From NCBI GenBank assembly GCA_018902915.1, contig JAHIPS010000016.1:4368-68367 (forward strand): DNA of 64,000 nucleotides, read 5' to 3'. The notes below the pieces were generated by a model. The model was not told the origin of the DNA, made no database searches, and saw only the letters and a list, made by a program, of their open reading frames with translations. Made by a program: the position numbers and the translations under genes. This stretch comes from Candidatus Omnitrophota bacterium (GTDB lineage Bacteria > Omnitrophota > Gorgyraeia > Gorgyraeales > Gorgyraeaceae). Positions 9,550 to 17,425 of the stretch are shown here, one piece after another (position 1 is the first letter of the stretch; the number at the start of each line of letters is the position of its first letter).

Positions 9550-11049
9550 TTATTTTATATCATTTTCATTAAATACCTCTGCGGAATAGATGTAGATCTC
9601 GGTTGACTCGTCCTTCCATGCGTCTTTTGGCAGGCCTGCTTTCATGCAGGTGTGTTCAAGGAATGTCTGGCGATCCCAGCCGTATTCTGTCGCGACCTGG
9701 GGGAGGAGGATCCCTGAATAAAATCCTCTTTTCATATATATGCCGTGCTTTCCAACCTCTATCTCTCCTACATCAGTAATCCTTTTTAGAGGCGTAAGCG
9801 CTGATATCTCAAGCTCTATATCTTTAAGCTCCTCATCAGACACAGGCCTGAAACGATGGTCATTTATTGCAGCGGATTTCGCGACCTCTTTAACAGTCTC
9901 GTGAAGCGGCTTTACAGCTATTATATACCCTATGCACCCTCGCAGCTGGCCATGTTTTTTTATTGTAACAAACGCTCCTGTATTCTCTTTTAAGCGCTCC
10001 TCTGTCACCTCTGGCTGCTCCTCTCTCTTACCGGTAACCGCCTCTATTATCGAGGCCCTGGCAATCTGAAGCAGCTTCCCTTTCTCGTCCTTATTTAAAT
10101 ATTCATCCTTTATCATCGCCTCCCCCTTTTGTGCTAAATCGCTAGGGATGTACATCAAAAGAGCACCGTAACCCACTACCCTTGACTTGTCACCTATTGG
10201 CACATCACCACTATTTGCATACCTTAAAATTTCAAATTCTGCGCCTAAAATATTACTCATCTCTATAGCAGTCTTTACGCCGTCTATGCCGCAGCAAAGA
10301 GTTTGCTCTCCTGGAATATTTAAAGACATAACTCGTCTTATGTATTTTTCTAGCTTAAAAATATCCTTTTCTTTTATTACCTCTAATAGCTTCACGTCTA
10401 TCCTGTTTGCGTCTTCATATCCTGGATAATGCGACATGTCAGTGGAGACAACCACTAAATCATTCTTTCCTAAATTTACAGCCAAAAGCCGAGCTAATTC
10501 TTTATAGCTATCGTCGTAAGAATTTCCAAAAAGTATTGGCACTATCTTAAAATCGCCCTCCAGAACCGTCTGTAAAAATGGTATTTGCACTTCAAGCGTA
10601 TGGTCATTTGCATGCACGTTTTTATCATATTCGATTACATCTCCATCATTTACTAATTTATCCGCCAGTCTCTTATCTATCTTAACAATACCCAGCGGCG
10701 TCTTCCATGAATCACTCTCGTCAATTGCAATGCCCTGAAAATGAGCAGTATGTGAATTGCAAATTAAAACTACTGTATTGATCTTACGGCCCTGTATTTG
10801 TTTAAAGCTATACACAGCAACCTGACCTGAATATACATAGCCGGCATGAGGCACAACTATAGCTACAATCTCTCCCTTTACATCAACCTTCTCTACATTA
10901 TCCAGAAACCCCTCTATCGTCTCACTAATCCCTTGTTCATCCCCTGGATAAAACGCGCCTGCTACAGCTGGCCTTCGCACCTCTTCAGATGAGGAGCTGG
11001 TGCATGAGAACAAAAACATGACAAATACTAAAATAATTATCTTTTTCAT
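9550..11049 (-). CDS. fused AmmeMemoRadiSam system protein B (Memo-like) + protein A (AMMECR1 domain), with predicted lipoprotein signal
   Basis: Start at ATG 11049: MKKIIILVFVMFLFSC (lipobox-like). N-half RRPAVAGAFYPGD..VVPHAGYVYSG..DMSHY = Memo family. C-half GAFVTIKKHGQLRGCIGYI..GILLPQVATEYGWD = AMMECR1. Confidence 0.8.
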   Translation of the reverse strand: MKKIIILVFVMFLFSCTSSSSEEVRRPAVAGAFYPGDEQGISETIEGFLDNVEKVDVKGEIVAIVVPHAGYVYSGQVAVYSFKQIQGRKINTVVLICNSHTAHFQGIAIDESDSWKTPLGIVKIDKRLADKLVNDGDVIEYDKNVHANDHTLEVQIPFLQTVLEGDFKIVPILFGNSYDDSYKELARLLAVNLGKNDLVVVSTDMSHYPGYEDANRIDVKLLEVIKEKDIFKLEKYIRRVMSLNIPGEQTLCCGIDGVKTAIEMSNILGAEFEILRYANSGDVPIGDKSRVVGYGALLMYIPSDLAQKGEAMIKDEYLNKDEKGKLLQIARASIIEAVTGKREEQPEVTEERLKENTGAFVTIKKHGQLRGCIGYIIAVKPLHETVKEVAKSAAINDHRFRPVSDEELKDIELEISALTPLKRITDVGEIEVGKHGIYMKRGFYSGILLPQVATEYGWDRQTFLEHTCMKAGLPKDAWKDESTEIYIYSAEVFNENDIK

Positions 11050-11050
11050 A

Positions 11051-11203
11051 TCAACCTGCCAGATTTTTGTAATATCTCGCGTCTTTTTGCGAGACATTGC
11101 TCCTATTATTAAAAATCCTCAAAAGCGGCAAGGCCAGGAAAGCTAGTGCCCCCAGAAAACCTGTCTTCAAAAACTCTCCCCGTGTAATCTTCCTCTTTAA
11201 CAT
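11051..11203 (-). CDS. 50-aa ORF with Tat/Sec-like signal sequence only (hypothetical)
   Basis: AAGGAGG SD 5 nt before ATG 11203; MLKRKITRGEFLKTGFLGALAFLALPLL.. resembles a degenerate RRxFLK signal. Its stop TGA overlaps the next start (TGATATG). Confidence 0.35.
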   Translation of the reverse strand: MLKRKITRGEFLKTGFLGALAFLALPLLRIFNNRSNVSQKDARYYKNLAG

Positions 11204-11218
11204 CCCTGCCTCCTTACA

Positions 11219-11270
11219 TTGTTCAAGGCTAAGCCTTGGACAGGCCTGTCCAAGGCTTAGCCTTGAACAA
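11219..11270. repeat. perfect 52-bp palindrome with nested 15-nt mini-hairpins
   Basis: ttgttcaaggctaagccttggacagg|cctgtccaaggcttagccttgaacaa. The arms are exact reverse complements with no spacer, and each arm contains CAAGGCT(A/T)AGCCTTG. Confidence 0.9.
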
Positions 11271-11283
11271 TAGAATAATGACC

Positions 11284-12258
11284 TCATTGCCACTTGCCAG
11301 GTATAGTGTGGTTACAAAACTTGCACTTGTCTTCGACTATATTATACTCCAGGATCATATATCCGCGCCTTGCAATAACAATATTTTTACACATAGGGCA
11401 ATAGGTATTATTGCCTTTGTGGCCTGGCACATTGCCCACATACGTATAATGGATGCCTTTTGAGATCGCGATATCCCTTGCCAGCGTCAACGTCTCCTCT
11501 GGTGTCGGCGGAAGATTCTTTAACTGATACATGGGCCAGAACCTTGAAAAATGTAACGGCACCTCTACCCCTACGTTTTCAACTATCCAGTCGCAAAGCC
11601 TTAAAAAATCCTCCTTAGTGTCATTATATGTCGGCACCACAAGATTCGTAAGCTCTACCCACACGCCCTCTCTTTTCATCGTAACTATTGTATCCAGGAC
11701 TGGCTTGAGCGTGCCCTTTGGCACAGTCTCATAAAATTTCTCTGTGATGCCTTTTAAATCAATATTCGCAGCGTCGACAAAACTAACTGCCTCTTTTAAA
11801 GGTCCTGGGTTTATGTATCCGGCTGTCACCCACACATTTAAAAGATTATTTTTATGCGCCAATCTTCCGGTGTCAGCAGCGTATTCAAAAAATATAACTG
11901 GATCAGAATATGTATAAGCAATTGTCCTGCATTTAGCAGCTATTGCCTGGTTCACTACTTCTTGAGGCTGGAGGTCGATGTTGCGCGTATTCTCTGGCTC
12001 TCTCTGGGATATTTCCCAGTTCTGGCAATACATGCAATGGAGATTACACCCGGCAGTCGCAATAGAAAACGAACTGCTCGACGGTAAGTAATGAAAAAGC
12101 GGTTTTTTCTCAATGGGATCCACGTGCACTGCGCAGGGTTTTCCATATACGAGTGTCTGGAGCTTCCCGCCTACGTTCATACGAGCGAGGCAATCGCCTC
12201 TATCTCCGCTGCCGAGCTCGCATCCCCTCGGGCACAATAAACATTTAACCTTACTCAT
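11284..12258 (-). CDS. AmmeMemoRadiSam system radical SAM enzyme
   Basis: 324 aa; N-terminal Cys cluster CLLCPRGC, radical-SAM CNLHCMYCQNWEISQ, PflA-like core. Adjacent to the Memo/AMMECR1 fusion. Confidence 0.85.
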   Translation of the reverse strand: MSKVKCLLCPRGCELGSGDRGDCLARMNVGGKLQTLVYGKPCAVHVDPIEKKPLFHYLPSSSSFSIATAGCNLHCMYCQNWEISQREPENTRNIDLQPQEVVNQAIAAKCRTIAYTYSDPVIFFEYAADTGRLAHKNNLLNVWVTAGYINPGPLKEAVSFVDAANIDLKGITEKFYETVPKGTLKPVLDTIVTMKREGVWVELTNLVVPTYNDTKEDFLRLCDWIVENVGVEVPLHFSRFWPMYQLKNLPPTPEETLTLARDIAISKGIHYTYVGNVPGHKGNNTYCPMCKNIVIARRGYMILEYNIVEDKCKFCNHTIPGKWQ

Positions 12259-12478
12259 CCATCACCTGATAATAATCGGCTTCCCGCGGCTGTAATCCTG
12301 TTTGTTCTAGTTCGATTAGAATCCCTGAGGTGTCGTTCTCGACTCGCTTCGCTCGCTCGAACAATATTGTACCAGAATATTCTTCGAGCGAAGTCGAGAA
12401 GAGTATATTCTCTAATACACTCGCTACAAATAATACTACTAGTATTATAGTTATAAAAATAAATAATCTATCCTTCAT
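12251..12478 (-). CDS. hypothetical small membrane protein (one TM); its middle is encoded by a palindromic repeat
   Basis: ATGA overlap with the upstream stop; TM RLFIFITIILVVLFVASVL; residues ~25-48 derive from repeat copy A. May be read-through of intergenic DNA. Confidence 0.3.
   Translation of the reverse strand: MKDRLFIFITIILVVLFVASVLENILFSTSLEEYSGTILFERAKRVENDTSGILIELEQTGLQPREADYYQVMDE
12336..12400. repeat. nested-palindrome element family 2, copy A (inverted, with central duplication)
   Basis: ttctcgac..ctcgaacaatattgtaccagaatattcttcgag..gtcgagaa. Shares TTCTCGAC/GTCGAGAA outer arms and the CTCGAA-GAATATTG-TTCGAG core with copies at 24.8 and 25.3 kb. Confidence 0.8.
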
Positions 12479-13509
12479 CTTTTTCTAAAAACCCTCCTGC
12501 CGCATCCTGCCAATATATCCATAAACGCGCCTGCAGCGCAGAAATAATTACAGAATGGCCTGTGGTGGAATAAGGATAAAACCAGTATTATGGAAGCTAC
12601 TGACCACGCTATTATACTTCCGCGCCTTAAAAATACAGTTGAAAACGGCTCGTAATTTACAATATTTGGATTATTTAATAATAAAACCAAAACCACAAGC
12701 ACCCACAACAAGATATACCTGATCTTTCTAAATTTATTGGAAAGAGCTGGCGTTATTTCAATTTTAAATTTAAAGATCTTGTTCAAAAATATCTGCAAGC
12801 CCCCAAAAGGACACATATGCGAACAATAAAACCCGCCTAATAAAAATGTCAGCACGAGTCCACCAAAGATAAATACAAACCAGGCAATGTTTGGCCCAAC
12901 CACTGGCACCTGCCACAAAAATATCTTAGCGATCGTTGTCATTGAAATAAAATTCGCCTTTAAAAATCCAAAATATACAATTGAAGCCAATAACCCGATA
13001 TGCCTGAACCACGTCTTTTTAAGATAAAACGCGATTAAGAGAAATGTTATGATTAAAATCGTTATATAAAAATTTAAATCCAGGGCCAAAGGCGGTTTTT
13101 TCCTTGCCTTCACGCCTTTTAGTCTTTCCAGGGACGTCTTTAACGTCCTGGCAACTGCCTTACTGGATATAGTCGCGTGCGTTATAGCGTCTATATCGTC
13201 AAAATCATCTTCCGCCTTCTTTCCTTTAAATTGGGCTAAAAATTCCGGCCGCGCCATCATGTCAGCCACATATTCGCTTGTCTCGCTGTGCTCCAGGATT
13301 TCAATATCCTTGATGCTTTCATCTTTGTTCAGCTCTACCAGCATCTCTATGTGGCCTCCAAACCCTTTTACTTCTGGCGCAAGATCCTTTGTGTTAAAAA
13401 AATATCCTTCCCTGACCACGCTTTCCTTCTGAAACTGGCCCCTTCCATAGATATTCACGCCAATGGCTATCAGTAAAGCTATAGCGATAATTATATATTC
13501 TTTACGCAT
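12475..13509 (-). CDS. FMN-binding domain + polytopic 4Fe-4S membrane protein (NosR/NapH-like)
   Basis: 344 aa; signal anchor, periplasmic DAITHATISSKAV (FMN_bind motif), then TM region with CSHMCPFGGLQ and RPFCNYFCAAGA Cys motifs. Confidence 0.6.
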   Translation of the reverse strand: MRKEYIIIAIALLIAIGVNIYGRGQFQKESVVREGYFFNTKDLAPEVKGFGGHIEMLVELNKDESIKDIEILEHSETSEYVADMMARPEFLAQFKGKKAEDDFDDIDAITHATISSKAVARTLKTSLERLKGVKARKKPPLALDLNFYITILIITFLLIAFYLKKTWFRHIGLLASIVYFGFLKANFISMTTIAKIFLWQVPVVGPNIAWFVFIFGGLVLTFLLGGFYCSHMCPFGGLQIFLNKIFKFKIEITPALSNKFRKIRYILLWVLVVLVLLLNNPNIVNYEPFSTVFLRRGSIIAWSVASIILVLSLFHHRPFCNYFCAAGAFMDILAGCGRRVFRKR

Positions 13510-14242
13510 TCTTCTCTCTTTTCACAAAAAGGATTAACGCGATTATAAAAATCACACCGCTCAAAACCTGGGCTATCTTCAAACCAGTACCCCATATATA
13601 CAGACTATCCCAGCGCAGGCTTGATATAAAAACCCTTATAGAGTTATATATCATCAGATACGCGAGAAAAAGCCCGCCTTGAAATTTGATCTTTTTCCTC
13701 AAATTCCACAAAACAAAAAATCCAATGAGATTAAATATAAGCTCGTAAAGCTGCGTAGGATGAACTGTCACGCCTATCTCTGGAAATTTCACTCCAAATA
13801 TTGACTCTGTTGGCACGCCGTAACAGCATCCGTTTAAAAAACACCCGATTCTCCCAATTGCCTGGCCTAATAGTATTGAAGGCGCGATGAGATCAGCCAG
13901 CACCCAGAAAGAAACCTTGTGTCTTTTTGAAAATACAATACCTGTTACTATGCCCCCTATAATGCCTCCATGTATAGCAAGCCCTCCCTGCCATACCTTA
14001 AAGATCGAGAGAGGCGTTTTTATAAAAATCTCAGGGCTTGAAAATGCCAGGTAATAAAGCCTCGCGCCTATTATCGAACCAATGACAATATAAAGTCCAA
14101 GGTCATAGATCAGATCCGGCTTTATCTTCTTCCGCCTTGCCTCTATCCTTGCGACAAAAATACCCAATAAAAAAGCTATGGCAATCATCATGCCATAGCT
14201 ATAAATTGTAACAGGTCCGAATTCGGCTATTACAGGATACAT
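13502..14242 (-). CDS. lgt: prolipoprotein diacylglyceryl transferase
   Basis: 246 aa; FGPVTIYSYGMMIAIAF..GARLYY..WQGGLAIHGG..GRIGCFLNGCCYG..HPTQLYE. Confidence 0.9.
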   Translation of the reverse strand: MYPVIAEFGPVTIYSYGMMIAIAFLLGIFVARIEARRKKIKPDLIYDLGLYIVIGSIIGARLYYLAFSSPEIFIKTPLSIFKVWQGGLAIHGGIIGGIVTGIVFSKRHKVSFWVLADLIAPSILLGQAIGRIGCFLNGCCYGVPTESIFGVKFPEIGVTVHPTQLYELIFNLIGFFVLWNLRKKIKFQGGLFLAYLMIYNSIRVFISSLRWDSLYIWGTGLKIAQVLSGVIFIIALILFVKREKNA

Positions 14243-14248
14243 AATATT

Positions 14249-15013
14249 TTATTTTATCTCTATATTCAGCTTGTTGGTGCGCTGCTTTGCAAGGTCCCAG
14301 CTATAGTCATAGAGATGCAGTCCCTTGCTCGATGCAATGATCTCGCCGTTCTCAACGCCGATCTCTTCAGCCATGTACTGCTTCACCAGCTCGAGCCCCC
14401 CGAGATTTGACGGAAACCCGCCCCACAGATCCCATGACCTGAAATAAGGGAAGAAATGCAGCTTCCCGTATCTGATCCTCGTATCAATGAGCCTAAGACA
14501 TGGCGGATCATGAAGCTTTATATCAGAAGGCATGCCTATCTCCATTATTGCCTGATTCGTGCCATGGCCCTTGGTCTTGTACATCTTCATAACTTCTTCA
14601 ACCTGATTTACTTCAAGCGGCATCTCCTTTACCAATTCTTTGGCGTCCTTTATCTCCTTTATCCTGACCTTGGCGTCCACAAGCCGCTCGCCATAAGTAT
14701 AATCCTCTGTCTCTGTTTTCTGGCCAGTCAATAAATAAGAAAGATACCCGTTTATATACTCCATACTCGTAGGCGCTGGTATACTAGAGCCCTCGGGCAT
14801 TATAGGGATGATCTGATGGGCTGGATTCTTTACTCTTACTGTAACAAAATCAAATTCAAGCCTCCTCTGGCCTTCGTAACTCCCGCTAGTTATCTTATAG
14901 ACATGTCCGTGCTCTAAAATCTCTGAAAGACACTGAAACCACGCATTATCCAGATCAAATGCCTCTATGTAAACTGGCTTTAGCCCTTGTTTTGCCATTA
15001 CTTTAGCCCCCAA
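14249..15013 (-). CDS. divergent thymidylate-synthase-fold protein (archaeal ThyA-like)
   Basis: DPPCLRLIDTRIRYGKLHFFPYFRSWDLWGGFPSNLGGLELVKQYMAEEIG..LHLYDY parallels ThyA PCH..QFYV..YQRSxDxxLGxPFNIASYxLL..H.Y blocks, but the rest is diverged. The start may be ATG 14998. Confidence 0.5.
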   Translation of the reverse strand: MGAKVMAKQGLKPVYIEAFDLDNAWFQCLSEILEHGHVYKITSGSYEGQRRLEFDFVTVRVKNPAHQIIPIMPEGSSIPAPTSMEYINGYLSYLLTGQKTETEDYTYGERLVDAKVRIKEIKDAKELVKEMPLEVNQVEEVMKMYKTKGHGTNQAIMEIGMPSDIKLHDPPCLRLIDTRIRYGKLHFFPYFRSWDLWGGFPSNLGGLELVKQYMAEEIGVENGEIIASSKGLHLYDYSWDLAKQRTNKLNIEIK

Positions 15014-15495
15014 TGCTTCTTTAATTCCTCGTTTATATGCCTGAGCGTCTCGCCTTCCAAATGCTTTTCCTCTATTTTACTCCCAGTTCTTTTCTTCTTC
15101 AACATAATTATGTTTTTTAATTCGCTAATCGGCATGACCTCGCGCCCGTAGACCCTAGCGTGATTCCTGATAAAATTATCATCTGATGAAACTGTTATTC
15201 TTTCCGAGGATGAAGCGCCTCTTAATATGTCAACTATAACGCCATCCGCGTCCTTATCTCTAGTTGCAAACAATACTTCTACCCTTCCGTAAGAATCCTT
15301 AGTCACGCCAATATCCTTGTCTTTACTGTCAAACACTATAGAAATCTTGTCAAAACTCCGGTTCTGGGCCATAAAATCTACTAAGATCTTAATAAAATGC
15401 ATGCGGCTCGCCTCAAGGCTTATATCCTTTTTTGCCTCAAGCTCCCTGATCTTACCAATCGCATTATATCCGTCTATGATTAAATGCCTCGACAC
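14998..15495 (-). CDS. NYN-domain RNA-binding/RNase protein (YacP-like)
   Basis: MSRHLIIDGYNAIGKIRELE..VFDSKD..ADGVIVDIL..VSSDDNFI matches the YacP/NYN pattern. Confidence 0.75.
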   Translation of the reverse strand: MSRHLIIDGYNAIGKIRELEAKKDISLEASRMHFIKILVDFMAQNRSFDKISIVFDSKDKDIGVTKDSYGRVEVLFATRDKDADGVIVDILRGASSSERITVSSDDNFIRNHARVYGREVMPISELKNIIMLKKKRTGSKIEEKHLEGETLRHINEELKKHWGLK

Positions 15496-15890
15496 AATAT
15501 GCCCTCTCTTTTAAGAAGCGCTGCTGTAATGCCATCGCCATCGGCTAACTTACCTTTAAAACTCCCGTCATAGATCTTTCCAACCCCGCACGACGGGCTT
15601 TTTGACTTTAAAATCGCTTCTTTTATATTATATTTTTTTGCGATTTCTAGTGTTTTCTCAGCGCCTTTCAGGAGCTCAGCCGTAACATCAACGCCATTTT
15701 CATCAATAACTTTTGCTGTCGAGACCCTGATCTCTGTCTTTGTCCTTGGAATGCCTCTTCCGCCTAAAACTTCAGGGCATACTGCAATTGCTTCTTTTTT
15801 ATCCACCATCTCTTTTATCTTAGGGTCCAGGCGATTCTTCCCGTCCCACGCGCAATCAACCCCTGCTAAACACGCGCTAACCAATATCAC
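15480..15890 (-). CDS. DUF523 family protein (TudS-like 2-thiouracil desulfurase family)
   Basis: 136 aa; MILVSACLAGVDCAWDGKN..AVCPEVLGG..SPSCG. Confidence 0.7.
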   Translation of the reverse strand: MILVSACLAGVDCAWDGKNRLDPKIKEMVDKKEAIAVCPEVLGGRGIPRTKTEIRVSTAKVIDENGVDVTAELLKGAEKTLEIAKKYNIKEAILKSKSPSCGVGKIYDGSFKGKLADGDGITAALLKREGILCRGI

Positions 15891-16504
15891 TATATAAGCT
15901 CCTTTTTAACCCTCTCGAATGCAGCCTCACCATCAAAAACCATGCCTTTAATCCCCAGCTTTCCAGCTCCCTCGATTAAGTCTCGTCTATCGTCTATATA
16001 AAATGCCTTTTCCGGCCCGACCCTCGCAAAATCAAGGGCTACCTTATAGATCTCAGGCGCTGGTTTTCTGTACCCCACCTCGTAAGACAAAACGAGCTTG
16101 TCAAACTCGTTAAAAATCCTCATCCTTGGCTTTAAAAACTCAAAATGCGTCACATTCAGATTAGAAATCAGGACCAATTTATATTTTGACTTAACGCCTT
16201 TTAAAAAATCGCACATCTTAATATTAAGAGGCGTCTCAAAGAATATATCGTTCCATATAGGAAAAAACTTATCGCCTTCCATATCTAATTTAAGAAACTC
16301 CTTTACCCGACGATAAAACTCATTTGTATCGATCTTGCCCTCTTCATAAGCTTCAGTAAGCCCTGAATCAAAAAAGAGATCATAGACATCCTCTTCTTTC
16401 TTAGGCGTGCAGCACAGAATCTTCTTCACCGCGATCCTGTGGTCAAAGTCGATCAGCACATTCCCCAGATCACAGATTATCGCGTCGTACTTATTCTGTG
16501 TCAT
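15890..16504 (-). CDS. HAD-superfamily hydrolase
   Basis: AIICDLGNVLIDFD (motif I DxG/DxV), LISNLN, YRKPAPEIY, FYIDDR. Confidence 0.75.
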   Translation of the reverse strand: MTQNKYDAIICDLGNVLIDFDHRIAVKKILCCTPKKEEDVYDLFFDSGLTEAYEEGKIDTNEFYRRVKEFLKLDMEGDKFFPIWNDIFFETPLNIKMCDFLKGVKSKYKLVLISNLNVTHFEFLKPRMRIFNEFDKLVLSYEVGYRKPAPEIYKVALDFARVGPEKAFYIDDRRDLIEGAGKLGIKGMVFDGEAAFERVKKELI

Positions 16505-17115
16505 ATGTTACTACGCAGAAAGTAGGTGAGGCGTTCGAGTTCCATTGAGAGGTCTATGTTTAAGAGTTCAACGCCGCTAGGCACCTTGAGAGTTACAGGC
16601 GCGAAATTAAGGATGGCCTTAATGCCTGATGTAACCAGGTTGTCAACGACAGTTTGTGCTGATTCCTGCGATACTGCTAATATTGCCATGTCTATATGCC
16701 TTGAGCGTATAATAGATTTTAACTCTCTTGTGCTCCTTATTTTTATGCCCTGTTTTGTCTTTCCTATCTTTTTTATGTTATTGTCAAAGGCATATTTTAT
16801 GTTAAATCCCTGGCTTTTAAATCCTTTGTAGGCAAGGAGCGCTGAACCCAGGTTTCCGACGCCGACCAGCACTACATCCCAGTCCCTGTCTATACCCAGT
16901 ATCTTCTTTAACTCCAGCTTCAAGGTCTCAGTATCATAGCCTTTGCCAGGCCTGCCAAACTGGCCAAAATACGTGAGGTCTTTCCTGACCTGGGCAGCAT
17001 TACATTCTGTGAGATCAGCTAATTCCTGTGAAGAGATCACAGATGTGTCTTTTAATGATAGGAGAGCCCTGTAGTAAAGCGAGATCCTGGATATGCTGGA
17101 TGATGGGATTTTCAA
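16501..17115 (-). CDS. rex: redox-sensing transcriptional repressor Rex
   Basis: 204 aa; ISRISLYYRALLSL..SSQELA (wHTH) and VVLVGVGNLGSALLAY Rossmann NADH site. Confidence 0.9.
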   Translation of the reverse strand: MKIPSSSISRISLYYRALLSLKDTSVISSQELADLTECNAAQVRKDLTYFGQFGRPGKGYDTETLKLELKKILGIDRDWDVVLVGVGNLGSALLAYKGFKSQGFNIKYAFDNNIKKIGKTKQGIKIRSTRELKSIIRSRHIDMAILAVSQESAQTVVDNLVTSGIKAILNFAPVTLKVPSGVELLNIDLSMELERLTYFLRSNI

Positions 17116-17333
17116 TCCACTGCCTCTACGCTTTTAATCTCAGGAACGTCCTTTTTAATGGCCCTGCCAACGCCTTCCCGCATCGTAATCTGAGACATTG
17201 GGCACCCCATACACGCGCCCTTTAGTCTTACCTTTACCACGCCGTCTACTATATCCACCAGCTCAATATCTCCGCCGTCCCTTTGTAGAAACGGCCTTAT
17301 CTTCTCTATTGCCTTCTCGACTTTTTCACGCAT
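17112..17333 (-). CDS. NifU C-terminal-domain (Nfu-like) Fe-S scaffold protein
   Basis: 73 aa; IRPFLQRDGGDIELVDI..VKVRLKGACMGCPMSQITM. Confidence 0.85.
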   Translation of the reverse strand: MREKVEKAIEKIRPFLQRDGGDIELVDIVDGVVKVRLKGACMGCPMSQITMREGVGRAIKKDVPEIKSVEAVD

Positions 17334-17350
17334 AACAATCCTTTCTTGCT

Positions 17351-17397
17351 GGTTACAAAGGGTACAAAAATCTCATAATTTTGCACCCCTTGTAACC
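17351..17397 (-). promoter_or_regulatory. 19-bp-stem RNA hairpin between the COG1900 gene and the nifU-rex operon
   Basis: ggttacaaagggtacaaaa-tctcataat-tttgcaccccttgtaacc. The two arm differences are A.C on the plus strand but U.G wobble on the minus (coding) strand. Confidence 0.45.
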
Positions 17398-17425
17398 AAG
17401 TTATCCACACATTATTAACAAGCCT

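Noticed and set aside
9430-9552. Possible ~90-nt sRNA: TTGTTT-16-TATACT promoter-like sequence, an internal AGGAGG, then the 9525-9547 terminator
   Set aside because: The -35 is weak, no ORF follows the SD-like motif, and I found no structure beyond the terminator. The simplest reading is the 3' UTR and bidirectional terminator of the convergent genes.
17401-17409. Perfect DnaA-box sequence TTATCCACA
   Set aside because: It is a single isolated copy 24 kb from dnaA with no AT-rich unwinding element or additional boxes. This is expected by chance in 64 kb and is not evidence for oriC.
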